Assembly: GCF_037042905.1 (NCBI RefSeq)
Contig: NC_087250.1
Location: 12,836,001 to 12,900,000, forward strand
Length of the DNA: 64,000 nt
Reading direction: 5' to 3'
From: Lytechinus pictus
Lineage: Eukaryota
Below are positions 1-13,872 of the stretch, piece by piece. Position 1 is the stretch's first letter; the number at the start of each line of letters is the position of its first letter. A program made the translations under genes and the position numbers. Below the pieces are notes generated by a model. The model searched no databases, was not told the DNA's origin, and saw nothing but the letters and a program-made list of their open reading frames with translations.

Positions 1-164
1 GTCAGGCTTTCATTGGTTGGGCGTGTACTGTTATGCTCAAAACACACTGTACCAAAGTGACAACATTTTGAAGTTTTGCCAATTTTTGATAATATGATGC
101 AGAGCCCTGAAAATCATACAACTATATCAGAATCATTAAATTGGCAACTATATCTAAATCATTA

Positions 165-750
165 AATTGGCAATGAGTGGAACCAGAAAATCATTGCTTT
201 ATCATGAGAATTTTGATATTTTCTTTTAATGGCAATTTACTTAAAATCTAATGTTTCCCTTTTCAATAGACTCTGTTTATTTGACTGTTTTTGAGACCAA
301 GACCTGCTGAAAATAGTTGCGACACTGTTCTTGAAAGAAATGAATGGAATAAATCAATAAATCGTCAAATTGGCAATGCAGTGGAACCACAAAATCCTTG
401 TTTTATCATGAAAATTTTGATATTTTCTTTTAAATCCAAAGCACTTGAAATTCAATGTTTCCCTTTTCAATAGACTTTTTGATTTGACTGTTTATGAGAC
501 CAAGACCTGCTGAAAATATTTGTGACACTGTTCTTGAAAGAAATGAATGGAATAAATCACTAAATCGTTATATTGGCAATACAGTGGACTGGAACCACTA
601 AATCCTTGTTTTATCATGAACATTTTGATATTTTCTTTTAAATGGCAAAGTACTTAAAATCCAATGTTTCCCATTTCAATAGACTTGTTGATTTGACTGA
701 TTGTTATGAGAATAAGACCTGCGAAATATGGTATTGACAATGTTCCTGAC
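165..750. repeat. Tandem repeat, ~203-bp unit, ~3 diverged copies
   Basis: Unit beginning aaattggcaatg..gtggaacc..ttttgatattttct..caatagac..gagaccaagacctgctgaaaat recurs at ~165, ~368 and ~571. Confidence 0.85.
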
Positions 751-1144
751 CCCCCCCCCCCCCTCAATCTTTTGTTTCAATTGTAAGTATGGATGTATAT
801 AATTCAGAATCAGATATTTGTATAGTGTATAAAAAAATGCCAGCAGGTATTTTGTCACTTAACACCTAATAACGCATTTATGTGAGTGAGTGGTGAAAAG
901 AAAAATATGCAGATTTCCTCTATGGATGTTGTATTTTGTACCCCTGTCTTGAAAGTGGTTGCTTCCGTATTATGCTGTACTGATATTAGGTACATTGGAC
1001 TGTACCATTTGTTGATAGGGTTATGAGAGATGTTATTTGCTTTTGTTATTGCTTTATGAATAAAATACTATTGAACTTGCCAAAATAATACTTCAGGTTA
1101 AGGCTCCCTTTTTTTTTGCTTGTATTTACAAGATTTTGCATTAA

Positions 1145-1732
1145 AGGGATGCTCTGTGCTGAGAAATTTCATATCTGAATAAATAGAGTAAAATTCACAG
1201 AACAAAATGCTGAAAATTTCATCAAAATCGGATAACAAATAACATAAGTTATTTAATTTTAAGGTGGAGTAATATCTTGTGAAAACAGTTATATGCACAT
1301 CGTCATGAATATGATGATTAGGTGGGCTGATGTAACATCCCCACATTATTTTTCTTGTGTCATTACATGACATCATAATTGTTTCATTTTTTTAACATAT
1401 GTGTAAATGATGTGTCTCTATTACGATGAAATAAGTTGCAGCAAGAAATAACTAATGCACCAAATCAGTTGTCAATCCAATTGTTTTAGTTCTTGGTAGA
1501 AAATTTTGGAATAAACCTATACAAAAGAACAAGTGGGGATATGACATCATCAGCCCACCTAATGAATATTCATGAAGACATAACTAGAACTTTTTCACTG
1601 AAATAATACAAATCTTTGAAATTCAATAACTTTGTTATTTGTTATCCGAGTTTGATCAAATTTTCAGCATTTTGCTCTGTGAATTTTACTCTATTTATTG
1701 AAGTATAAATATCTTCAGCCTGGAGCATCCCT
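1145..1732. mobile_element. Palindromic non-autonomous DNA transposon (Kolobok-like, TTAA TSD)
   Basis: ttaa|AGGGATGCTC...GAGCATCCCT|ttaa with long imperfect inverted arms. Same family at 18241-18821 and, degraded, ~38331-38810. Confidence 0.8.
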
Positions 1733-3854
1733 TTAAATTTAATTGTAACCATGGTTATTAGGGGAACCACAACAAAAGTTTGTTTTAAAAATACCAAGAA
1801 AATCTAATGACAAAACGTTGTTCAAGGTTTGAGGAAATCCATTAAATAAGATTATTAAGAACTTATTAGAATGATAAGTTTTTGATTTGTGAACAAGCAG
1901 CTATTATGTTAGGCAATATAACATGCATTAATTCCATATTTTTTAGTGGTTGGTTAATTTTTCCCCTTTCATGCAGGAGCGGGTGTGAAACGATTTTGTC
2001 TGTTGATGAACTCCTGAAGGTACAATAAAAAAAAAAACATTTTCATTTTTTTTAAGAAATTGAAATTTCATAGATTTTATACTACAAAATAATATATAAA
2101 TATATATATATAATTCAATTAGTTTTTTATATCTTCTTTAATTCATTTCAATCCTTCAATCACTTTCCACATTCCAAGTTTGCTATGTAGGGTTTATGTT
2201 TTAGCAATCTAATTTTTAAAGGGTTGTTGGCATGCATATCGTTCTTATTATTTTTTTTTATTTCCACATTTCCACCGCTCTTATTTTTCTCCACTCTTAC
2301 GCATCGTCTAATTACCAAGGTGAAGGAGTGCTCCCATTCAAGATATTGGCTGAATTAATTTGGAATATATTGTCTGCTTGACAAAACATTGAAATTGGAC
2401 TAGATTAACCATTTTCATGGTCGTCTTTGAGGTCCCTTGTAAAGCTAGGGACGGTAGGGTAGTTTGATAGAGCTAAAAAGAGGGGGGCCATATTAATGGA
2501 GCAAAATTTATATTTAAAAGTGATTTTGGGAAGCGAGCAAAAATGTTGACCTTTTATATACAAATAGATCTAATTTTGTGATAGATATCGAGATAAAACA
2601 TTCTGAAAATAGTATATTTCACATATTTTCCTTTCTTTTTCTTTCTTTTGCTCCCATCATTTTCTTGGTCGTGAAAACGAGGGTCCTTGCATGGCCCCTC
2701 ATGTGTATGCAAGTGCCATCACCCGATTACCTACGCCCCCTACCCCCTTCCAACTCATCCCAACCCTACCCTGCCCCCTTAATTTACCCTTAAAATGTGT
2801 CTCCCCCTTCCCCGGCATTTCAACCCCGCTGAATTCTCAACCATTTCAGGCTACCCCTAACAAGTGGCTTCCGTTCCTCGCCATCAAATGCAATGACTCA
2901 GACGCATATGGGGGAAGGGGCTACGTCAGAGGGGTTTGTCTCTTCGTTTCTCGTGTTCTTTCCTGCAACCTGATATTGCAAAGATCAATTCAGTTAACAG
3001 CCATGACTACACAAGACTTAGAGGGATGACTGATAAAATGTTAAAGCCATATACCTCGGGCTTGATCCTTACTATATGCAGCATGCGATACATAACAGTA
3101 TAGGCTACATTAATACGATAATAACAATAACGTGTTTAGGCTTATAAAGCACTTTGGAACCATGTTCGAAAGCGATAAATTTCTGTAAAGTGAAAACGAA
3201 AAGAATTTTACAATATATGGTACACACCATATACCTACTCATTATTCACAGTTGCACAATTATACATTTTCTCCATCTATTCAATCAACTCGATGTGAGG
3301 GTGGAGCTGACCGTTAGGGTTTCTGACATAAAGTAACTCATATTGCAATAAGCAGTTTCGTTCTCTTTTGATTAACCGGATATACTGAAATTTAAGAAAA
3401 ACTGCTAAAATATGCTTGAGTAATTGACATGATTATTCATTTCTGCATAAAGCGAATACTCTTATAATAATGAGAACATGAAGATACACAGTGACAAATA
3501 TTGGTCAAATACATTGAAGGTGTAAATCATGGTGTTTTTGGCAAAACTTTCAGCGAATTGCGATCTTAAAGGAAAGTCTAATTTTGGTAGGTTTTTACTA
3601 ATATCAAATCTCACACTTTTCCTTTCCCTGTTCTGTATGCTTTCCCTCTTTTTTATTTTGTATTTTTTATCGGCTGGCCGTCTTGAAGCTTTTTTTCTCG
3701 GGGAAAGTGCTCCTTCTTCTTCTTCTTCTTCTGTGCAGTCTGCTTCCTTCAATCCTGAAGATTCTTGCAGAACTTGGCATGCTTGGTGAAGTGTGTGTCA
3801 CAAGGGTACAGTGCATGTGCCAAATATATACAGCGCCCCCCCCCCCCTTCTCCA

Positions 3855-4013
3855 TGAGAGCGTTTCATGAAAGGACTTGTCTGACGTTTTATCCGACAAG
3901 CCATGTTTTATCCGACAGTTACCATAGTAACAGTGACTATCAGCCAATCAAAATTAAGGAAAGTTGTCAGATCTGACAACTTGTCGGACAAAAATGTGAT
4001 GAAACGCTTCCCC
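3855..4013. mobile_element. Short MITE carrying an X-box-like palindrome and a CCAAT box
   Basis: Ends gagagcgtttcat...atgaaacgcttccc; internal gttaccatagtaac, cagccaatc and gttgtcagatctgacaac. Related copies at ~18988-19143 and ~28035-28192. Confidence 0.7.
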
Positions 4014-5389
4014 GATGCCATTAAAGATTACATTGAAAAGTCACATAAGATTTTTTTTAATGAAATCATTTATAATTCTAACTGACGAATAAATACACAA
4101 TGTCAGTGCTAATTTTACTTTTAATATCTAATAAAGACGGGTAGGCCTATATTATTAATTAGGCCTACTTTACATAATATTGTAGACGAATGACTGTAAT
4201 GAATGTGACTGGCGTGATTAGAGGCTCTTATTGCCAAGAATTAATTACTTTGAAGGACTCTTCCTAGCTCCTTGAATGAATGGAATTTAAATTCGTTCAA
4301 TCTAAGGTATCAATGAATATTTCGACACATGACATAATTGCATAAACAACTCAACAACAGATAAATCGTTATGTTTCATTTAACGCAATGATAATTTAAA
4401 AATATAATACAACACAATGATAAATAGTAATTAATAATTTTCTTTGAAAGTAGTGCTGTAATGTGGAAAAAAAAACCGTGAGCAATTTTCTTTTAATAGA
4501 AAATTATGCCGACATCGACACTTAATTCTGCATAGATCCTGATAACAATTAAAGAAACGATGGAATCACCTTTCACTGGCATAATCTCAAGTTTAAATGG
4601 TTAATTATTATCGCATTCGATTATAGCCTGTATCATATTATGTCATTGTATATAGGACCACGTTCTGACGTTCATATTGATTTATTTCATAATGATTGTT
4701 AAATTAATTCAGTTTAAATCATACCAGTTATTTCTATTACAGTAAAGTGTGACAATATAGATAAACTGATAAATTCATATAGACAAATATACCTAATTGA
4801 AAAAAAAACATTTATATAAAAAAGGAATTTACAAATGCACAGTATAGTTTAATAATTATTCATAATAAAAAACTGTTTGAAATAGGTATAATCATATGAT
4901 ATTGCTCAATGATTAAACACTGTGACAATTTACCCCATGGGCCTGGCAATGGGTGTTGCGTGTGTTATTCTCCATAGGCAGCTGTCGCAGCACCCCCTGG
5001 AATTCTGGTAGGTGTGGCAAGGTGTGGCAAAATGTTACCAAAATTACCTACATTTTGCAGTGAACCCTTCTTTGTTGTTTTTGTATTTTTTGTGTGTCAA
5101 ATTTCTGTGGACCAAAACGACCCTCATTTTGTAGTGAAACCCTTTTGTATGCTTGTCAAATTTCTCTGGACCAAAATAATCTCCATTTTAGTGAACCCCT
5201 TTGTTTGAATAAGACCCCCACCACCAAGCCAAGGTCCCACCAAAATGTCCCACATTTTGTATCGAACACCCCTTTCTTTTTTGCGTGTCACTTTTTCATT
5301 TTTTTTTTCTTTTTTTGCTTGTTAAACTTACATCAGCACCCATCATAATTGTAAAAAAAAAATTGTTTCCAGCAGGGCCTCGATTTATC

Positions 5390-6225
5390 CAAGTTTCAAG
5401 TTTCATTTATTTCTCCTCAAGAGATCAAGATAAAAATACATTACAAAATAGACAATGTAAATACAATGAACATCAACATTAAAGAAAGAGAGGAAGGTAA
5501 TGATCAAAAGGAAGAAACCTTGTGTGAGGCCAACCCCTAACAAAAATTGTACTTAAAGAAATATTAAAAATATCATATAATCACAAATTCAATGAGAAAA
5601 AAAACAAAAAACATAACAAACAAACAAACACCTAACTAAACCTTAACCGAATGAGAATGGGAGGGGGGGGGGAGAACCAAAAATAAATCTAAGACTTAGA
5701 CAATAAAAATGTTTTGTATTTCCTTTTAAAAACAGATACCCGAAGGGCTTGATTGAATGTCAGAAGGGATTGAGTTCCAAATAACTGGTCCTTGATAAAA
5801 TATACTGTTTTTTAAGATGGAAGTACTGCACTGTGGAATATGGATATTTTAGGCATTTCTTGTTGAATATGTATGTACAGATGTGTTTAATAAAAAATAA
5901 TTCTTAAGGGAATTAGGCAAGAGATCCTTTTCATAGAAAAACATGAAAAGTGCAATATTCATTCTATTCAAATCCATTATATTCAAAATTTTCAAAGATG
6001 TAAACAATGGTCCAGAATGGGAGAGATAAGAAGAGTGAGTTATAATTCTCATGGCTTTTTTTCTGCAAAAGAAATATTATGTTAATATGTGTTTGGAAGG
6101 CATTACCCCAGGCTATATTGCAATAATTCAAATATGGTAAAATCAAGGTACAGTATTATACAATAAAAGAAGAATGTTCTTTGGCAATGTGTGGAGTTTA
6201 TACATAACACCAACGATTTTATCCC
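5390..6225 (-). mobile_element. Degraded 3' fragment of a CR1/L2-type LINE
   Basis: Minus-strand ORF pieces ILPYLNYCNIAWGN and HSGPLFTSLKIL...HTYSTRN resemble the C-terminus of the LINE ORF2 at 63005-63823; repeated aaacttg tail at the 3' end. Confidence 0.8.
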
Positions 6226-6399
6226 TAATATACCCTCAAAATAAAAACTCAGCATAATGCATTAAACAAATAAATTCAGAAAATCATATTCCTTGTAAAA
6301 TCATGTAGAATCGTTTTGTCACTATTTAAGTTCAAGACCTTTCATGGCTCATTTCATGTCGTCACCATAACGTGTCGACTTGGCAACGGAACCTCAAAA

Positions 6400-7373
6400 T
6401 TATCGCAGGAATCGCGATACGGCTTGGCTAGCTAGCGCAGACGACTGTCACATTAAAAGAGTGATAATAAGGCGATGGAAGTAGAAGGAATTTATGTTAC
6501 AAATCCGCGCTAATGAGTTTGAGTTGCTTCTAGAATCTTGGATCTGCATTTTGTATCTGCGTGGAAGGATATCACCGAATAAGATCAGGAACGGACAATA
6601 GAAACCTAATACTGTATAGAGTTTTATCGATTGACTTTATTTAAGAAAAAAGAAATATAACAACATAATTTTTGTTTACTCGGTTTAGAAGATCATGATG
6701 GAGATATGGAATAAGTGTGTGATGTATTGCTTATCCTACTTATGGAGTGAAATACCCGCTGAGGACACAGTGCTATGATTCGATTGTTTGGTTGATGTTC
6801 GGAGATTTCACTCTTGAATCGTTGTTTCAGCTGATGGATAAATTATTCTATATATTCTTCTCTTATTTTGGCTGCCGATTGTAGACTACAAAAGGAAATA
6901 TTGAACCACTATTGTTCGTGTATGTAATGATTCCAGCTCTTCGTGTTCGAAACCAACTTTCGTGATCAGCAACCAGTGTTTCACATTTATTTCAATACTT
7001 CGATATACTACCGAGCCTATAAGTGTGAAGGATTCGGGATTTTGCACCGGCAACTATATTATTTGATCGTTTCACGCTGGCGCAAGTATAATCGGAAACA
7101 TTAACAGTATTCCATGATTATGGCTCAAAGCCCAAGTTCAACGAAATCCCATAAACCTCAATATTTAGCCGATTAATGCAGCATTGGCTCGCGTCAGTGT
7201 TTTAGCTTAGCAGATTGAATGGTGCACATTATTTCATATGAACTATCGTCATTCGCTAGTATTGGATATTATAATTGAATTAGTTCCTGAAATCCATCAT
7301 TACTATCTAAAATGGATGATTACTGAGGAATTAAAAACATAAGCAGCAATTAGTAGCTCCGTCCTCGCGTTTG
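6400..7373 (+). other. Putative non-coding first exon (5'UTR) of Siah; start approximate
   Basis: Non-repetitive, relatively CpG-enriched stretch ending in a strong donor TTG|GTGAGT at 7374; X-box-like gtcgacttggcaac at 6374-6387 just upstream. Confidence 0.4.
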
Positions 7374-8427
7374 GTGAGTATATATTGCAGCATACGAGTG
7401 CTATTTATAAAAAGTTTCGTGACGAGAAACCAAACTTTAGAAGGCCATGGTCATGGAAAAGTTTGCTGCCGCGCTGGAACCAATGGAATAGTAATTTAGG
7501 CCCCAAGTTTGTATAAAAGAAAAAAAAAATATATGTCGTGACCATAATCATTAAGTTATTCATGTTATATTGGGCTTTAGTTTGCATAACGTAAGCGAAA
7601 GTATATTCAAGGTCTAATAGAGCGAAATTCTAATATGTCTAAAATCTTATTCTTACTTTTGATCACATTGGCCTGTAGCTCTTATATAAAAATTATGTAT
7701 AGATTGGATTAATCTTACCATCGTTGCACTGGTGTACCGATAGGGTGGCTTGGGGGCCATGAACCCCCCCCCCCAAAAAAAAAAAAAAAAAAAGAGGGAA
7801 GAAAATGAACAGAATAAAATACATTTTCTTTTATAATATTTTTGTTTTCCATTTTTCCCTATTTCCCTTCTTCTCTTCCAACTTCTTTATTATTGTAGGC
7901 CTGCTAAACATACACTCATGCATGAGCAGCTGTTCCGGGAAAGGGGGCGGATACAAGCCCCCCCCCCCCTTCCGAAAATACCCACACATATAGTTTCATA
8001 TAGGTCTAACTCAACGACTTCAAAATTAATATTAAACCATTGTGTGAGAATGTTGTAACACTTTTAATTTGCATCATTTTTTTTCAAGTAAGTTTACAAG
8101 TTCCATCATTATAGGCCATATATTGGTCAAGTTATATACATACAAAATAATAATGATAATAAAAAAAACATCGAGATAGTCTGAAAGTTTTTTTGGGGCT
8201 GGCCATATGCTAAAACTCTATAATCAGATGATCAAATTTACGTTCATTATACATGTTTATTGAAAAACAAAAGTGGTGGTGGGGGGGGGGGTGGCTGTAG
8301 CCCTCGGCACCCAGTTCCGTGGTCCCCGGCCGCCTTCAGCGAATGATTGGGATTTTTGCCTAGTCCGCCCCCCCCCCCACACAAACCTTATCAAAACAGT
8401 TCCGCTGCCCCCGATTTTAGATGTGTA

Positions 8428-8950
8428 GATTGAATGAATAAATGGATGGATGAATGAATGAATGGATAAATGAATGGACGAATGAATGTATGAATGAATT
8501 TCTGAATGGATGAATGAATGAATGGAAAAATGAATGAATCGATGAATGGATGGCCAGTGAATGAATGAATGAATTAATAGATAGATAGATAAAATGGATG
8601 GATGGGTGTATGAATTGAGGAATGAATGAATGTATGCAAACATAAAAAGAAGGATGGATGGGACGGACTGATGGATGGACGGGTGAATGGATGGATTAAT
8701 AAATTAATACATGAATGAATGAATGGATGGATGGATGAATGAATGAATAGTTAAAATGGATGGATGGGTGTATGAATTGATGAATGAATGAAGGTATATG
8801 TATGCACTGTATGCATAAACGGATGGATGGATAGACAGACGGATGGATGGATGGATAGATGGATGAATGAATAAATGAATGGACGGATCGAACGGACTGA
8901 TGCGATGAATGAATGAATGAATGAATGAATGAAAGAACGAACGAATGAAT
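8428..8950. repeat. Compound (GAAT)n/(GGAT)n microsatellite
   Basis: Directly visible tetranucleotide runs. Confidence 0.95.
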
Positions 8951-9091
8951 AAAAAAGACACAAACATCACTCTCCAGATGTTCTGAATAAACAAAGTCAA
9001 TTTAAGCTGGCAACGCCCAAACATTTTATATCAACGAATATATGAAAGGAAAAAACACCATTCATTCTGTGGCTATTCATCTTCCTTTCAG

Positions 9092-9204
9092 GTAGATCCT
9101 TGTTTCTTCTTCTAACCTACCATCAACCATCATCCTGGAACCGAAACCAGCGGAGGAACAGCAGACGTCATCTTCTACGCCTGCTGTAGCGAGGATGCAA
9201 AAAG
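9092..9204 (+). other. Putative upstream Siah exon with in-frame ATG at 9195
   Basis: Acceptor cttcctttcag| and donor AAAG|gtatag. ATG CAA AAA G joins in frame to CC CTG CGC at 19808, giving [17 protein letters not shown]. Confidence 0.5.
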
Positions 9205-10563
9205 GTATAGTCCCTCGGATAGGATAATTCCCTGTATTGTACCTTTTTCACTTTTCTTTTAAAATTTTGTTCATAATAAAGGCTGTTTATAATAAAGGCT
9301 AATTATCTATTTTTTGTTTATTCGTTTCATTGATTCATTCATCTGTTTATTTTTATTATTATTTATCATGCGTCACAGGCAATTCCTGCTGACTAATTTA
9401 ATTCGGCAGTTTACGTTCAGACTTGGGATAAAATAGGCCAAGGTTGGAAGACGAAAGTTATAGCATTTATCTTTTTTTTAAGGCATTCCAGGGGCCGCCA
9501 TACGACGGCCCGGGTGAGCCTGTAGCCCCCATTTTTCAGTAAATGTGGACAAAAAACGTGTAGGCCTTCACGACCATCAAACATTTTGTACATGTTCACC
9601 CCCCCAAAAAAAAAAAAAATTGACTCGGTTGCATCCCTCTCTCCCCCGCTCTCTTCCCTTCTTATTTTCTTTCTTTCTTTCTTTTTTTAATTTTTTATAT
9701 TTTTATTTCAGAAAATTTTTTCTTTCATGACTAAACTCATTCCTCAAAGTTGCATCCGTTTGTCAATGATGAACTGCAGTATTATACGAACAATTTTTTA
9801 AAAGAATGAAGTCATTAATTATTTACTTTATTTCATTCCCATTCATTTTATATTCAGGTACACTATGTCTAGGCCAATATAGGCCTGATTAATTTAAAGG
9901 TTTTCATTCATTTCTTGATTTCATGAGCTATGATTAATTTTATGATTTGGTTTGAATATTGTCATGTACTGACACAGGCCTATGCCTAATTGAAATTTCG
10001 ATATGTGCTCTACTGGAGAGCATTATCAATTCAATTTCAATTCAATTTAACTCAATTTTGCAACATTATTTCCAAAGAAAAACATTAATACAATTTCAAA
10101 AATTAAACACAATGGAGGTAGCAATTCTGTAAGCAGTGCTTGTGACGAGTGCACCGTGACATATTTAAGACAATAAAGACATAATACATTAAAAAAAACT
10201 TATCCATACAATTAAAATACATTACATAACAAAGGAAATGGGAAACAAACAAAAAAGAAAACAATTGATCAGGGCAACTCTATATACATTATGTCAAATG
10301 AAACAGTAAATAAATCTTCAAACCAATCAACCCACAACTGTAAGTAAGCAAATCTCTCAATTTAGGGACCGGATGTAAGTTTTGTCTTAAAGCAAGATAT
10401 GCATTGTGCATTTATCTGTTGTCTTTAGATAAATTAAACATATATAGGCCTATTAATGACGCACACAGTGAAAAAGAAAAAAGGAAATAGACTGAACTGA
10501 GATGGATGTTTGCTTACAAGTATTCATGCTTTCTTAGCAATCAGGTAAAAAAAAATCACCACC

Positions 10564-10761
10564 CAGGGGTGTGAGAGTTCAGATTTTTATCTCAATTTCA
10601 GATTTTTTTGTTTTGATTTTCAGCTCACTGTAATTAATTTCAGCTTATTTTTGGCCTTAATTCCTCTGTACAAAAAGTATGGGAGCTCTTTCTATTTCAG
10701 ACTTTTTCAACACTCTTCAGCCTTTTTCAGATCTTTTTATTTGTGACCACTCACACCCCTG
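10564..10761. mobile_element. Short MITE with apparent 6-bp TSD
   Basis: accacc|CAGGGGTGTGAG...CTCACACCCCTG|accacc. Confidence 0.65.
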
Positions 10762-11313
10762 ACCACCATTGAAAGAAAAAATAAAATGAAAAAAGCCCCC
10801 CCCCCCCCCTCCCCCCCCCCACACTTTTGCGAGTAGTATATCAATACAAGAAAGAGGCCACGGCTTGCGCTGTGTGTAGTTCGCTGACTCTAATCCTTTT
10901 TGTTCAACAGCACGGCTGTAAACGGGAATACAAACGAAATGAGAATGAGATCAGCAAAACCCCGTAGACAACAACACTGCAAATTTTACCCATTCATTTT
11001 GTACATGGCTTCTTCCTGTGCTCGGGCCATATATTTCTTACATTTCTCGTGATGAAAGAACGAGTTCTAACTGAGTAAGAAATCAATTTCGTATACGTTA
11101 TTATATTCTTTAGATTCCTATGATAAATGTATATCATTATTTGCATAACTTTCCGTTCAGAAATGTAATTTTGTGTGAGAAACTGCCAGTATTTCATGAT
11201 TGATAGAGTGTGAGTTGTGTTCATTTTTTCGACTGCCATGACTGCCGCTGCGCGCTGCTGCCAGCCCCTCACATACAGTATCACACTGACTTGCACTGCA
11301 CACAGTGCACAGT

Positions 11314-12510
11314 GGGTGATTTCAAGTTCGGTGTTCGGGGTTGGTGTTGGTGTTGAGAGCGTAAAAAGGCCGCTGAACCGTGCTCCAACACCGAGCTGGG
11401 TTCAAACTCTATCGATAACGCAATCGGTATCATTCCTCTGAATCAGAGGAATGATACTGTCTTACTGATGGCGATAGCACATGACGTCCAGTAGAGGCGC
11501 ACGGCCAATATGGGAGACTCTCCAAGTACATCAACAGGGGAGACAATCTCCCACATTGGAGACTTGCTTTGCAAAAGGACAAAAGAAACAACACCAACAA
11601 ATCATTATTTTTTCCACCCAAAATTTTGTCTCACTGAGGTCAGAAGCCCATTTGTTTTGTGTGTGATTGACAACAAAAATCCTTATCAAAACAAAAGTAG
11701 ACGGTGAATTTTTAAAGTAGACGGTGAAAAGGGGTAATTTTTCATGAGGAATCTGCTTATCACATTTTTATTTGCCGCCAAGGTAATCCTTTTGCAGCAA
11801 ATGTAAACAAAGGAAATTGATCTCCAAAACTGGAGACTGTCTCTGAAATTGGATACCCAAATTCTTTACAAAAGTCTCTGATATTGGAGATAATCTCCCA
11901 CATTGGAGACAGTCTCCAATGTTGGCCGTGCGCCTCTACTGACGTCACGCCTCTGCGCTGCGCGCGCTGCTAAATCATCTCAACTTCACGCGAGAAGTCT
12001 CGACACCGAAAATGAAATTGGAAAGAAATGCATTAAATTCTCATCGTACAGAATACCAATGTTTTAATTAATTCAAGAATTCGAAAGAGTGAACATTATT
12101 CTTCATCAAAATATATAGGCCTAGGCCTAGGCCTACAGCTCAAATGATTTGTACTAGTACTCATCTTAACTGTAAAAGCTAATTTTACGGGGATGTTTCA
12201 TCGTGTTCGCCGCCTGTTCACGAGCGTGAGATTGCCAACACCAACACCGAACTTGAAATCATGATTTTCCCAATCCCTGGGGGTTGGTGTTGGTGAATGG
12301 GGAAATTGCACGTAGATCGTCAACACCAGCCGCAGTGCTGGGTTCAGCAGACGACATTCAAGACCAGCATTCATCACGAACTGCCGGAAATACGTCATAT
12401 TTTCCGAGGTCAATCCCAACACCAGCCTGATTTCAAGTACGGTGTTGTGGCTGGTGTTGGTGTTGTCACAACACCAACACCAGATTTCAACACCGTACTT
12501 GAAATCACCC
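11314..12510. mobile_element. Non-autonomous DNA transposon with 3-bp TSD (Harbinger-like), hosting a nested MITE
   Basis: agt|GGGTGATTTCAAGT...ACTTGAAATCACCC|agt; subterminal ggtgtt/aacacc repeats. Confidence 0.75.
11489..11941. mobile_element. Nested MITE with 5-bp TSD
   Basis: acgtc|CAGTAGAGGCGCACGGCCAA...TTGGCCGTGCGCCTCTACTG|acgtc; a partial inverted copy lies at ~16055-16342. Confidence 0.8.
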
Positions 12511-12616
12511 AGTGACATTAATAACACGGATGTGATGAAAATAGATCAAGCCTAAATTTGTGAGAAGTCTTTCACTGATCAAACAACAACAAAAACCAAA
12601 GTTCAACTGGGCGTTG

Positions 12617-13872
12617 CGGGGGGGGGGGGGGGCACTTATTATATACATTCATGAGTGGATACCATGCGCGACCAAAAATACAGATTACACTTTACAGGTA
12701 AAAAGGATGTCTTTTTCAAGTAATCAAGACAGGGCATGTTACGTACATAACGTAATAAGGGTGTCAAAAACACTATAATAATGAAATAAGGGTATCTATT
12801 TCGCTAGGAAAGCTACGTGTTTAGGGTCAAATTTGCGAGGGTATAAAAAATCAAGACTAATGTTTTATAAAGGATGTATAGCAAGTTCCCCCAAGGCCCA
12901 AGTGCGCAATCCCCCTTGTCTGCGCACATGCGTATCTGCGCGATTCTCGTAAAAGAAGATACGCAACGAACACAAACTTTACACATGCACCACATAGACA
13001 GATATTCATTAAAAAATCCGACTCAAAATAATGGAAAAATAATGAATTTTGGGCATTTCATGTGACGGCCTCAAAATGCAGCCTTTCCCATCAAAATACC
13101 CGAATCATGTGCAAAGTGAATGGGTGCACAGACATGTGGTACCATTTGTTTTCAATCTGAATATGACTGCCCAAGGTTTTTTCAAAGAAAATCCTATATT
13201 TCTTTCAAATTTTAATGAGATATTTGGTACACTTACTTGTGATAATAGAAGGAACATTATTAACAGTAAGATTTTGTGAAATAAAAAGAAGTTCATGTTA
13301 AATCTTAACTCAAATCGTTAGGTGCGCAGACGTGGGGACCACCATCATACTTTTTGCCCCAGGAGTCAACACTACGTGTTTAGAGTACAATTTGCGCGAG
13401 TTGGGCTGTACTAAACCCAATGATGTAGGTAAAGGTATAACCGACGTCCGTATGGCAAGCCGTTTTAACATTTAAGCCTATTTCTTGATACAGAATTCAA
13501 TTCTTGATATCAAAAATTCGATTTCTTGATATATCAAGAATTACCGTTGCTTAACTACACAACCATTTCTTGACATCAAGAATTTGATTTCTTGATATCA
13601 AGAAATAGGCTTAAATGTTAAAACGGCTTGCCATATGTCCGTGACATAACATTGAAATATCGCTGTACTTGTTTAGGGGTTCATTTCAGGGAATACTTGC
13701 CAATAGTATCGTTTTTTTTCCAATACTTGTTAAGGGTAGGGTTTCACACGCCAATACTTGTAAAGGGGTGCATTTTCAGAATATGGAAAATTTGTGTTTA
13801 GGGTGCTTTTTGAGATCTCATGGTCGCGCATGGTATCCACTCGTGAATGGAAGTGGCCCCCCCGCCCCCGGG
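12617..13872. mobile_element. Non-autonomous element with G-run/CCCGGG-type ends and nested insertions
   Basis: Inverted ends with gagtggataccatgcgcgacca / tggtcgcgcatggtatccactc; a shorter relative lies at ~58272-58581. Confidence 0.65.
13451..13635. mobile_element. Small MITE with TAT...ATA termini and 6-bp TSD (IS3EU-like)
   Basis: cgtccg|TATGGCAAGCCGTTTTAACATTTAAGCCTATTTCTTGATA...TATCAAGAAATAGGCTTAAATGTTAAAACGGCTTGCCATA|tgtccg; internal repeats of the palindrome ttcttgatatcaagaa. Confidence 0.75.

Noticed and set aside
3462..3976. Overlapping ~90-aa ORFs with poly-Ser/Glu/Leu runs
   Set aside because: Driven by a (CTT)n run and a MITE; no recognisable homology.
8257..9024. His/Ser/Ile-rich ORFs
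   Set aside because: Translations of the (ATTC/ATCC)n microsatellite.
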